Origin: an uncultured Candidatus Saccharibacteria bacterium
Lineage (GTDB): Bacteria; Patescibacteriota; Minisyncoccia; Phycocordibacterales; UBA9973
NCBI GenBank assembly: GCA_964500195.1
Contig: CAZCND010000002.1
Coordinates: 1 to 43,054 of the forward strand
Length of the DNA: 43,054 nucleotides
Direction of reading: 5' to 3'
The position numbers and the translations under genes were made by a program. Shown here piece by piece: positions 19,606 through 26,969 of the stretch (its first letter is position 1; the number at the start of each line of letters is the position of its first letter). The notes under the pieces were generated by a model. The model did no database searches, was not told where the DNA came from, and saw nothing but the letters and a program-made list of their open reading frames with translations.

Positions 19606-19790
19606 CCACAATAGAAAAACCCAAACGAGTTGGGTTTTCTATTGTGGACCCATCAGGCGAATCGTTAGATGCTTTAAAATATTATCTTTCTCGCTTTTGG
19701 GTGTATTATCAAAGCAATAAAAACCTTCAAAATATGCTTGAAAATGTTGAATAGATTGATTATTTATATTACACAGATAGAGTATTAGAT
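19606..19790 (-). repeat. R1: copy 1 of the ~150-nt cassette-separating module (core 19644-19790), with an adjacent long hairpin/terminator
   Basis: Shares long identical runs with R2-R4, for example tattatcaaagcaataaaaaccttcaaaatatgcttgaaaatgtt. Minus-strand TTGAAG-16-TGaTAATAC; 16-bp hairpin at 19606-19648. Confidence 0.85.
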
Positions 19791-19825
19791 GAACCTATGT
19801 TAATAATATATTTATTTAATTGACC

Positions 19826-19854
19826 TTGACAGAAGTGTTTCAATATGCTATAAT
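19826..19854 (+). promoter_or_regulatory. Consensus promoter for the 86-aa membrane ORF
   Basis: TTGACA, 17 nt, (TGc)TATAAT. Confidence 0.7.
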
Positions 19855-19982
19855 AGCTAAGTATAGTTCTTTTCATAGTTTTGTATTTATTTGCTTACAT
19901 TTTGTTGAGTTCTCCTAGTTTCTTTAAGGAGATTAAGAGAACTTAATAAAACTTATTGTTAAACAATTTAAATTCAAAACAA

Positions 19983-20216
19983 ATGAGAACAAATTGGTTA
20001 GAAAAATTGGCTCTTGGAGTTGGTATCGGTGTTCTTACAATATTTATTATTGCTGTTGTCAGTATTATCGCAGCTATTCCAACATTCTTTTTGTGGAATT
20101 GGCTGATGCCGACAATTTTTGGCATCGTAAAGATAACATTTTGGCAGGCGTGGGGAGTAAATTTCCTTGCAGGTGTTCTGTTCAAAAGTTCATCAACCAA
20201 ACAAAGCGATAAGTAA
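19983..20216 (+). CDS. Small hypothetical membrane protein (2-3 TM); the ORF opens at a TTG at 19956, ATG at 19983
   Basis: Hydrophobic ORF bracketed by a consensus promoter and a terminator; no family recognised. Confidence 0.55.
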   Translation: MRTNWLEKLALGVGIGVLTIFIIAVVSIIAAIPTFFLWNWLMPTIFGIVKITFWQAWGVNFLAGVLFKSSSTKQSDK

Positions 20217-20231
20217 GATGTATCAAACAAA

Positions 20232-20268
20232 CTCGCAACGAGAAAACTCGCTTGCGGGTTTTCTTTTT
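20232..20268 (+). terminator. Terminator of the 86-aa ORF; an inverted copy of the terminator module used by the other cassettes
   Basis: CGCAACGAG-AAAA-CTCG(C)TTGCG, then GGTTTTCTTTTT; homologous to 21284-21320 in reverse complement. Confidence 0.7.
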
Positions 20269-20295
20269 ATTTATTTAAAATTAAATTAATTATAC

Positions 20296-20500
20296 TGGTT
20301 CAATATCTTCCACATCTATACCAAAAATACCTTTACAAAATAAGGTTTAAAAAGTTGTGGACTTGTCAGGCAATACGTTAAGCGCCTTAAAAGATTACCT
20401 TTCTCACTTTTGGGTTTATTATCAAAGCAATAAAAACCTTCAAAATATGCTTGGGGATGTTAGTTTATAGTGTTTGTAGGTATCACAGTTAGGGTATTGA
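20296..20500 (-). repeat. R2: copy 2 of the module (core 20356-20500; left extension 20296-20355 is shared with R4)
   Basis: Aligned by eye to R1, R3 and R4. Minus-strand TTGAAG-16-TGaTAATAA, then ~85 nt, then AACCTTAT.../...AAGGT hairpin plus T-run. Confidence 0.85.
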
Positions 20501-20501
20501 A

Positions 20502-20546
20502 TAAAGAAAAGGAAATCACCTAAAAGATGATTTCCTTTAGGTGATT
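20502..20546 (-). terminator. Terminator of the 152-aa ORF
   Basis: TCACCTAAA...TTTAGGTGA 9-bp stem with flanking A/T runs. Confidence 0.7.
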
Positions 20547-20552
20547 TTTTGT

Positions 20553-21011
20553 TTAACGTTTTCGTGGACTACTTAGAATGTTAGGAGCACTCGGTCCCGT
20601 GAAAACTTTTGTTTTACTTTTTGGATGTTTATAAAAAAGTTGTAATGTCCAAACAACATGACCACTTCCTCCGACTGTACCTAAAACCCTATAACCAGTC
20701 CATTTAACTGAAGTGTCAGCCTTAAGAATTTCAGTAATGAATTGGATTATCTCACGGTCTGTTGTTTTTTTATTCCCAATCCACCCTCCTAATTGCATCT
20801 GTCCACCTTTTGTGTATTTTTTAATACAATCATTTGCGTGTTCATACCACCATCCCAAACATCTATCACTATCAGCTGTGACAAGCTTATCTTTGTCTGA
20901 ATATGTATTTGGGAATTGAAACTGTCTCAAATACATACCGCTTGCTTTGCCAAAAGTACCAAATTCGCCAAGTTTATACGGCTCAGCGGGATATACAGTA
21001 AATTTTTCCAT
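20553..21011 (-). CDS. Hypothetical protein (152 aa), cassette ORFan
   Basis: Clean ORF with own TTGACA / TGaTAGTAT promoter and terminator; no family recognised. Confidence 0.6.
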   Translation of the reverse strand: MEKFTVYPAEPYKLGEFGTFGKASGMYLRQFQFPNTYSDKDKLVTADSDRCLGWWYEHANDCIKKYTKGGQMQLGGWIGNKKTTDREIIQFITEILKADTSVKWTGYRVLGTVGGSGHVVWTLQLFYKHPKSKTKVFTGPSAPNILSSPRKR

Positions 21012-21096
21012 AGTTAATATGTTTTTTAATTGAACTCAGATTTATTTGTATGTGATACTATCATAATAAAATATATTTGTCAAGTATATAAACATT

Positions 21097-21276
21097 AAAA
21101 ACCCTTATAAAATAAGGTTAAGATTAAAAGTGGACTCGTCAGGCAAATCGTTAAGTGCTTTACAACATTACCCTTCTCGCTTTTGGGTGTATTATCAAAG
21201 CAATAAAAACCTTCAAAATATGCTTGAAAATGTTGGGTAGTTTTATTATTTATACTACACAGATAGAGTATTAGAT
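21097..21276 (-). repeat. R3: copy 3 of the module (core 21130-21276); putative sRNA about 21098-21182
   Basis: Minus-strand TTGAAG-16-TGaTAATAC (plus 21189-21194 is the -10); AACCTTAT-TTTA-TAAGGGTT plus TTTTT at 21098-21120. Confidence 0.85.
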
Positions 21277-21283
21277 GTAGATA

Positions 21284-21320
21284 AAAAGAAAACCCGCAAG
21301 CGAGCTCTCTCGTTGCGGGG
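21284..21320 (-). terminator. Terminator of the 440-aa ORF (shared cassette terminator module)
   Basis: Minus strand CCCGCAACGAG-AGAG-CTCGCTTGCGGG, then TTTTCTTTTT. Confidence 0.75.
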
Positions 21321-21322
21321 AT

Positions 21323-22645
21323 TTAATGTTTTAAAACAGCAATGGGTAAAGAGTCAGCCTTTTGCCCACCTTTATTTCGTGTATGGTTGCAAACAAAAGT
21401 CTCACCACTTTTTAATTCATAGTTCAAAATTTGTTTAGCCAAATCTCTGGCTTTTTGGGATGCTTGATATCCCTCAGGCAATCTTCTTACATGACATATA
21501 ACATCATGCTCCCTCTTTAGGACATGAATCGGATTATCTTTAACAGATGTATCATACTCACTTTCCAATTCTCTTTTTATTTCATTCAGATTATCAAACA
21601 GGACCCTTATCCTTTGGAGATAAAGCTTTGGGTTGAACTTTGAAAATCTTGGGATAATTCCACTCAACCAATTATTTGTCGGAAAGCTTGGGATATTATA
21701 CTTTTTGTGCACTATTGTAGGTACAACCAAATCATATAATCTGAATATTGCATTTGCTCTAATCATCTCATATAATTCAATCCTGTTTAGTCTTTCAAAT
21801 GAACTTCTCAAATTCACAGAAGAAATTCCAGCTAAATTTGATAATTCTCCGTCAACATTAACAGTGAAAGCAGCTTTACAATCAATACCACCCAAAAATG
21901 TTGGTGCTTGATCGTTATCAATCAAATTGTTTGGTATCGGAGAAGTGCTAATAATCCTGGACTTATTTATTACTACCATCGCTACTTTATTCTTGTTGAG
22001 AATTTGAGTTTTTCTTTTCATCTGCCAGTTGAATTCACTACTATATAATTCAGTGTATGAATAATCGGCAGGTAGATAAATCCAGTAATCATTAGGGGCA
22101 GAGATTATCCCATCTTTAAAAGCAGATGATTTTACTCCATACTGACGAAGTTCAAGTAGCTCTGACATTACATCGTTAGTAGATTTTTCTTGAAGATTGA
22201 ATTTTTCATTGAATAATTCAACATTCTTTACTATGGTGTTGTTTTCGTAATAAGATAAAAGTTTGTTGATATTTCTGACATTAGTCAGAAGAACTGTTAA
22301 CTTCATACCAACAAAATTTATATTCGGTCCAAATTTTGCAATCTCAGCCGCAATTCTTTTTTCAGTTCTTTCATTTCCAGACAATAGTGTTGCAACATAT
22401 TCAGCAATAATGCCTACAAATAAATTAGTCCGATGAATTTCTTTATTCCAACCGATGTGTTTATTTCTAATATCATCGATCGCAAGTATAACATTTATAA
22501 AGTTTTTTATGATTAATTCATCGTCACTTTGTCCCAAAAAATAAGTTTTGAAAATTTTTTCAGATAGAATCTCACATTGAGCATTATCCCAACTTTTTGA
22601 TGTTAAAAGTTGTTTTACGAGGTTTAAATAAACAAAATTTTTCAT
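21323..22645 (-). CDS. Hypothetical protein (440 aa), cassette ORFan
   Basis: Long uninterrupted ORF with own consensus promoter and terminator. C-terminal HDVICHVRRLPEGYQASQKA...GETFVCNHTR segment; no family confidently recognised. Confidence 0.7.
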   Translation of the reverse strand: MKNFVYLNLVKQLLTSKSWDNAQCEILSEKIFKTYFLGQSDDELIIKNFINVILAIDDIRNKHIGWNKEIHRTNLFVGIIAEYVATLLSGNERTEKRIAAEIAKFGPNINFVGMKLTVLLTNVRNINKLLSYYENNTIVKNVELFNEKFNLQEKSTNDVMSELLELRQYGVKSSAFKDGIISAPNDYWIYLPADYSYTELYSSEFNWQMKRKTQILNKNKVAMVVINKSRIISTSPIPNNLIDNDQAPTFLGGIDCKAAFTVNVDGELSNLAGISSVNLRSSFERLNRIELYEMIRANAIFRLYDLVVPTIVHKKYNIPSFPTNNWLSGIIPRFSKFNPKLYLQRIRVLFDNLNEIKRELESEYDTSVKDNPIHVLKREHDVICHVRRLPEGYQASQKARDLAKQILNYELKSGETFVCNHTRNKGGQKADSLPIAVLKH

Positions 22646-22767
22646 TTGTATTTGTTTTTAAGTTAATATTTATTGAATTTCCCTCATCCCACTTAGGTAG
22701 GGGAACAAAGAAAATTCAATAAAATACTCTAAAAACCAAAATATCAAAGAACTATACTACTCTATAT

Positions 22768-22796
22768 AGTATAGCATATTTATGATAGATTGTCAA
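22768..22796 (-). promoter_or_regulatory. Consensus promoter for the 440-aa ORF
   Basis: Minus strand TTGACA, 17 nt, (TGc)TATACT. Confidence 0.7.
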
Positions 22797-22807
22797 ACCC
22801 TGCGTAA

Positions 22808-23014
22808 TGGTTCAATATACCCCATATCTATACCAAAAAACCCTTATGGAATAAGGATGTTTGAATTGTGGACTCGTCAGACCAATCGTTAAGCGCCTTA
22901 AAAGACTACCTTTCTCGCTTTTGGGTATATTATCAAAGCAATAAAAACCTTCAAAATATGCTTGAAAATGTTTAATAGATTGATTATTTATACTACACAG
23001 GTAGAGTATTAGAT
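22808..23014 (-). repeat. R4: copy 4 of the module (core 22868-23014; extension 22808-22867 is shared with R2)
   Basis: Minus-strand TTGAAG-16-TGaTAATAT, then ~85 nt, then CCTTAT-TCC-ATAAGG plus TTTTTT. Confidence 0.85.
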
Positions 23015-23026
23015 ATTATATATAAA

Positions 23027-23066
23027 CAAAAAGAAAACCCCGCAAGAGCTTTCTTTTTACGGGGTG
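23027..23066 (-). terminator. Terminator of the 107-aa ORF (diverged copy of the cassette terminator module)
   Basis: ACCCCG...CGGGGT stem with a minus-strand TTTTCTTTTT tail. Confidence 0.5.
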
Positions 23067-23069
23067 GTA

Positions 23070-23393
23070 TTAATCCAACAAAATATACATTTCTTTTAAA
23101 ATGTGAAAAGTAAAATTTAATTGTGTCATGCTCACAACGGAAATTGTATATTCAAATGTTGCTTTACCATTCAAAACACTCAAAGGGCATGGTGATAAAA
23201 TAGCAAACCATTCGTATTCGTCAGCAGGAAGTGGAACAACGAAAATTTCATTGTTACTAGTTTCAGTTCTTATTGTTTCAATTACATCATCTAATGATTT
23301 TGTTTTGATTTCACCATTAAGAATCTGTTCATGGATATCTAAATAATCATAGATGCCAGCTATTTTTTTGTTTGATATTTGTGAAAGTAACAT
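23070..23393 (-). CDS. Hypothetical protein (107 aa), cassette ORFan
   Basis: AAGGAGG 5 nt upstream of the ATG; own promoter region carrying a perfect palindrome. Confidence 0.6.
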   Translation of the reverse strand: MLLSQISNKKIAGIYDYLDIHEQILNGEIKTKSLDDVIETIRTETSNNEIFVVPLPADEYEWFAILSPCPLSVLNGKATFEYTISVVSMTQLNFTFHILKEMYILLD

Positions 23394-23418
23394 AAAAACC
23401 TCCTTTTTATAAGAACAA

Positions 23419-23439
23419 CATTATTCTTAATAAGAATAA
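23419..23439. promoter_or_regulatory. Perfect 10-1-10 palindrome (operator-like) over the -10 region of the 107-aa ORF promoter
   Basis: ATTATTCTTA-A-TAAGAATAAT. Confidence 0.5.
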
Positions 23440-23472
23440 TACAATTATTATTAAAAAAGTCAAGCATAATTA

Positions 23473-23481
23473 TGCTATAAT
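23473..23481 (+). promoter_or_regulatory. Extended -10 promoter (TGcTATAAT) placing a start near 23488, the first G of element A
   Basis: The same TGCTATAAT motif precedes ftsH, ackA, ndk and the 86-aa ORF in this window. Confidence 0.55.
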
Positions 23482-23484
23482 GGA

Positions 23485-23670
23485 TGTGGAGATGGCGGGA
23501 ATCGGTCAGGAATAATTTTCTCGCCGTCGCTCGAAAATTTTCACGACCCTGGCTCGGCTATTTCGCCTGCTAGCGAAATTAAGCCTCCGCCTTTCGATTC
23601 CCGCACGGAAGACAAGCAGTTGTCTTCCTCATCTCCACATTATAAAAACCCCCCAAAAATGGGTTTTTTA
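23485..23670 (+). ncRNA. Element A: ~155-nt structured RNA/palindromic element whose ends copy the tmRNA acceptor and T-arm 3' end, followed by a terminator
   Basis: 5' TGTGGAGATGGCGGGAATCG pairs with CGATTCCCGC (23595-23604) and CATCTCCACA (23630-23639). Internal hairpins are GGTC...GACC, ATTTCGC-CTGCTA-GCGAAAT and GGAAGACA-AGCAGT-TGTCTTCC. AAAAACCC...GGGTTTTT terminator. Confidence 0.5.
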
Positions 23671-23675
23671 TAATG

Positions 23676-24057
23676 TGGAGATGGCGGGAATCGAACCCGC
23701 GTGCGGAGGGAACTCTTGTATAAATCTACATGTTTATTATGTTCATTTGGTTTAGATATTTACCCTAGAGAACATACAAAAAAAGTAAATACCGAGTTCT
23801 TAATTGTTAGAATCAATACCGAACAATTATTGATTCTTAACCCGATAAATTATGCCCATGATCTATATCGGATGTCTAGAAATGGACACTTGTTTGACCT
23901 AAATTTAGGCGAAAGCAAGAGCAAGGTTTCCAAAATAAGGAGACCCTACTTTAGCGACTTTGTTTACACTTAGTCTTTTAGAGGAAGTTTAAAAAGATTC
24001 CTCTACACTTTACATGCATATACAAGATGATTCTCTTCGTCGAAGCCGATCATCCCC
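23676..24057 (-). ncRNA. ssrA: tmRNA (SsrA), one-piece, CCA not encoded. Predicted tag AKVGSPYFGNLALAFA (resume GCT at 23955-23953, stop TAA at 23907-23905)
   Basis: 5' GGGGATGATCGGCTTCGACG; 3' GCGGGTTCGATTCCCGCCATCTCCA; acceptor stem with G3-U70; lies immediately downstream of smpB. Confidence 0.93.
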
Positions 24058-24115
24058 TTTTTATTACGCCGAAGCATGAATGTGCGTAGGCGGATTTTAT
24101 AATTTTTTCAACGAT

Positions 24116-24559
24116 CTATCTTTTATATTCTCTTTCCATTTCTCTGTCCAAATCTCTTTTTTTGATTGTTTCTCTTTTATCAAAAGTCTTTTTCCCTTTG
24201 GCTATAGCGATTGAAACTTTAATATAAGGACCTTTACTATACAACGAAAGTGGCACAAGTGTCAATCCCTTAATGTCGTCTTTGTCTGCTAGTTTTTTAA
24301 TGTCTTTTTTGGATAAAAGTAATCGCCTTGTTCTTTCAGGGTCATGCGCTGGGTCAGTGTTGTTTGGCTGGTAGGGGGGTATGTTTAAGCCTATTATATA
24401 TGCTTCTCCTCCACGGATGACACAAAAAGTAGAGTTCAAGTTTCCTTGTCCTTTTCTAATAGATTTTACTTCATGGCCGAGAAGTTCTATACCCGCTTCA
24501 ACGGTTTCTTCTATCGTATAATTAAAATGGGCTTTTTTGTTTTCTAAATAAGTTACCAT
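24116..24559 (-). CDS. smpB: SsrA-binding protein SmpB
   Basis: NKKAHFNYTIEETVEAGIELLGHEVKSIRKG; basic C-terminal tail. Confidence 0.96.
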   Translation of the reverse strand: MVTYLENKKAHFNYTIEETVEAGIELLGHEVKSIRKGQGNLNSTFCVIRGGEAYIIGLNIPPYQPNNTDPAHDPERTRRLLLSKKDIKKLADKDDIKGLTLVPLSLYSKGPYIKVSIAIAKGKKTFDKRETIKKRDLDREMEREYKR

Positions 24560-24636
24560 ATTATATATGTTAGCAAATAGACAAAATAAACAAAATGCTT
24601 GACTTTATTGTCTTTTTGTTTCAGATTATACACTGA

Positions 24637-24882
24637 ATGAAAATTTTATTTTTAGTAGTCTCCTTATACTTCTCCCAGGGGGGAGTATTTGTGAGCCCTA
24701 TTTTACCGTTGGTAAAAAAGGAAGTACTAATAAATCAGGCGTTTATTGTCCCGGAGAAAAAAGAGAATTTTTTTCGAAATGGGAAAAAAGTCCTTTTCAA
24801 TCAAAAAAATCTCCCTTTTAAAAAGAGAGTAGAAAGATTAAGTGGTATGAAAAGGACTACGAGAAGTTTAAGGGCTAATTAA
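24637..24882 (+). CDS. Small hypothetical protein with a signal-peptide-like N-terminus
   Basis: 81-aa ORF followed by a GGGCTAATTA...TAATTAGGCCC plus TTTTTT terminator; coding status uncertain. Confidence 0.35.
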   Translation: MKILFLVVSLYFSQGGVFVSPILPLVKKEVLINQAFIVPEKKENFFRNGKKVLFNQKNLPFKKRVERLSGMKRTTRSLRAN

Positions 24883-24940
24883 TAATTAGGCCCTTTTTTC
24901 TTTCTTAAAATAAATCAAAATTATGCTATAATGTGCAAAT

Positions 24941-26848
24941 ATGAAAATACAGAATCCAAATTTAAAAGATGGTGCGAAAAAGAAACCAGGTGATCCAAAA
25001 AAAGCTCCAAGATTAATGAACCAAATAACAATCGTTGTTTTTATCTTTATGGGAATAACGCTTATCTATTCTTTTTTAATTAAAGAAGAAAAAGATGTTC
25101 AGAAATTAACTATTTCTGATGTTGCTCAAGCTATTGTTTCAGATACTTTAGAGAAAATAGAAGTTTCTGGGGCTGATATAAATATTACTTTTAGAGATGG
25201 CACAAAAGGTGAGGCAAAGAAAGAAACTGAAAGTTCTTTGTCCGAGACTCTTTCTAACTATGGGCTAACTGGAGAACAAATTACGAAGACCCCCATAGAA
25301 ATAAAAGAGGAGAGGTCTTTTGGATATTGGATTTTAAGTTTATTGCCATTTCTTTTGCCATTACTTGCTATTGGTTTTTTCCTTTGGATTTTATCAAGAC
25401 AGGCTAAGGGCCAAGGAATGCAGGCTTTTACTTTTGGACAATCAAGAGCAAGAATTACAGATCCCAATGACAAAAATAACAAAGTCACATTTAAAGATGT
25501 CGCCGGTGTTAAAGAGGCCAAGGAGGAGTTAAAGGAGATAGTTGATTTTCTTCGCAACCCTAAAAAGTTTTTAGATATAGGTGCAAGAATTCCAAAAGGT
25601 GTTATCTTGACTGGGGCACCAGGAACAGGAAAGACACTGCTCGCAAGGGCTGTGGCCGGAGAAGCTAGTGTTCCATTTTTCCATCTATCTGGTTCTGAAT
25701 TTGTGGAGATGTTTGTTGGGGTTGGAGCTTCTCGAGTTAGGGATTTATTTAAGATGGCTAAAAAATCTGCTCCATCTATTGTTTTTATAGATGAAATAGA
25801 TGCAGTAGGTAGGGTGAGAGGTACTGGAGTAGGTGGAGGAAATGACGAAAGAGAGCAAACTTTAAATCAAATTTTAGTTGAGATGGATGGTTTTGAACCT
25901 AATGAAAAAGTAATTGTTATGGCTGCCACTAACCGTTCGGACGTCCTTGACCCAGCGCTTCTTCGTCCTGGGCGTTTTGACAGAAGAGTTGTTTTAGATT
26001 TACCAGATAGAGAAGATAGAGAGGAAATATTAAAAATACATGCAAGAAAAAAACCATTTGCTGAAGATGTAGATCTTCGAGTTATCGCAGAAAGAACCCC
26101 CGGTTTTTCTGGGGCAGATTTATATTCGATAATGAACGAAGGAGCAATACTTGCAGCCAGAGAAGATCGTAAAAAAGTTTCCCAGTACGATTTAATCCGT
26201 TCAATTGAAAAAGTTATGATGGGACCAGAAAGAAAGAGTCACTTATTAACCAAAAAAGAGAAAGAGATAGTTGCGTATCACGAAGCCGGGCATGCACTAG
26301 TCGCTTCAGTTTTACCATATGCTGATCCTGTTCATAAGGTGTCTATTGTTTCTCGTGGAAGTGCAGGAGGTTACACTTTAAAATTACCTCTTGAAGAAAA
26401 GAAATTACAAAATAAAAGAGAATTTTTAGATGATATCACAATGACTTTAGGTGGTTATGTTACCGAGGAATTAGTTTTTGGAGATGTAACAACTGGACCA
26501 TCACATGATTTACAGGTAGCAACTAATTTAGCCAGAGCTATGGTTACCAGATGGGGGATGAGTGAAGCCTTAGGTCCCATAGCTTACAACAATGATGGGG
26601 GGAGAGATTTATATAGTCAAAGTTTTGGAGAGTCTATTTATTCAGAAAAAATAGGTGATCAAATAGACGCAGAAGTTTCTAAAATAATGAATGATTCTAT
26701 GGAAAAAGCCAAACAAATAGTGACTGATAAAAGGGGTACCTTGAATGCTATAGCTCAAAAACTAATGGAGGTAGAAACGTTGGAACAAAAAGAATTTAAC
26801 GAGCTTTTGTTAGCCAACGGTATAATGCCAAAGAAAAAAGAAGCGTAG
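24941..26848 (+). CDS. ftsH: ATP-dependent zinc metalloprotease FtsH
   Basis: [26 protein letters not shown]; two N-terminal TM segments. Confidence 0.97.
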   Translation: MKIQNPNLKDGAKKKPGDPKKAPRLMNQITIVVFIFMGITLIYSFLIKEEKDVQKLTISDVAQAIVSDTLEKIEVSGADINITFRDGTKGEAKKETESSLSETLSNYGLTGEQITKTPIEIKEERSFGYWILSLLPFLLPLLAIGFFLWILSRQAKGQGMQAFTFGQSRARITDPNDKNNKVTFKDVAGVKEAKEELKEIVDFLRNPKKFLDIGARIPKGVILTGAPGTGKTLLARAVAGEASVPFFHLSGSEFVEMFVGVGASRVRDLFKMAKKSAPSIVFIDEIDAVGRVRGTGVGGGNDEREQTLNQILVEMDGFEPNEKVIVMAATNRSDVLDPALLRPGRFDRRVVLDLPDREDREEILKIHARKKPFAEDVDLRVIAERTPGFSGADLYSIMNEGAILAAREDRKKVSQYDLIRSIEKVMMGPERKSHLLTKKEKEIVAYHEAGHALVASVLPYADPVHKVSIVSRGSAGGYTLKLPLEEKKLQNKREFLDDITMTLGGYVTEELVFGDVTTGPSHDLQVATNLARAMVTRWGMSEALGPIAYNNDGGRDLYSQSFGESIYSEKIGDQIDAEVSKIMNDSMEKAKQIVTDKRGTLNAIAQKLMEVETLEQKEFNELLLANGIMPKKKEA

Positions 26849-26969
26849 GGTTATTAAAAATGACTCCAGATGTTCACTTGGAGTCATTTTAAAACAACCA
26901 GCTCTTTTTGTATAAACCTAATAAAACGCATTGATTTTTAGTTTTTTTTGGGTTAATATACAGCTATAT

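Noticed and set aside
19644-19665. The left end of each repeat (TGTGGAC.CGTCAGG..AATCG) considered as a decayed copy of the tmRNA 3' end
   Set aside because: Only TGTGGA and AATCG match and the intervening bases mostly differ. That is too weak to call by eye, so it stays as a possibility under the cassette-array finding.
19144-19720. ORFs 19144-19332 (+) and 19508-19720 (+)
   Set aside because: - They overlap hairpin-rich, terminator-bounded non-coding units.
- They have TTG or context-free starts and no SD site.
- The second runs through a 16-bp perfect hairpin and into repeat R1.
19943-20230. Minus-strand 95-aa ORF and the alternative plus-frame 72-aa ORF over the 86-aa membrane ORF
   Set aside because: The promoter (19826-19854) and terminator (20232-20268) are plus-strand, and only the chosen frame gives coherent TM helices.
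21130-21150. Hammerhead-ribozyme core (CUGACGAG on the minus strand of the repeats)
   Set aside because: - The motif is not conserved between copies: R1 has CUGAUGGG and R2 has CUGACAAG, both at invariant core positions.
- No GAAA / stem III / cleavage-site arrangement follows.
19644-23014. The four ~150-nt repeats considered as a CRISPR array or as integron attC sites
   Set aside because: - They are far too long for CRISPR repeats.
- The so-called spacers are 0.5-1.6 kb and contain genes with their own promoters and terminators.
- No cas gene or intI gene is in the window.
- attC sites conserve structure rather than roughly 85-90% of their sequence.
23485-23639. Element A considered as SRP (4.5S) RNA, a conventional tRNA or a second tmRNA
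   Set aside because: - GGTCAGG and GGAAGACAAGCAG vaguely recall the SRP domain IV sequence, but they lie in different hairpins and are not conserved in B and C.
- No D arm, anticodon arm or local T arm can be folded.
- There is no tag reading frame.
23701-23973. 90-aa plus-strand ORF
   Set aside because: It lies entirely antisense within the tmRNA gene and has no start context.
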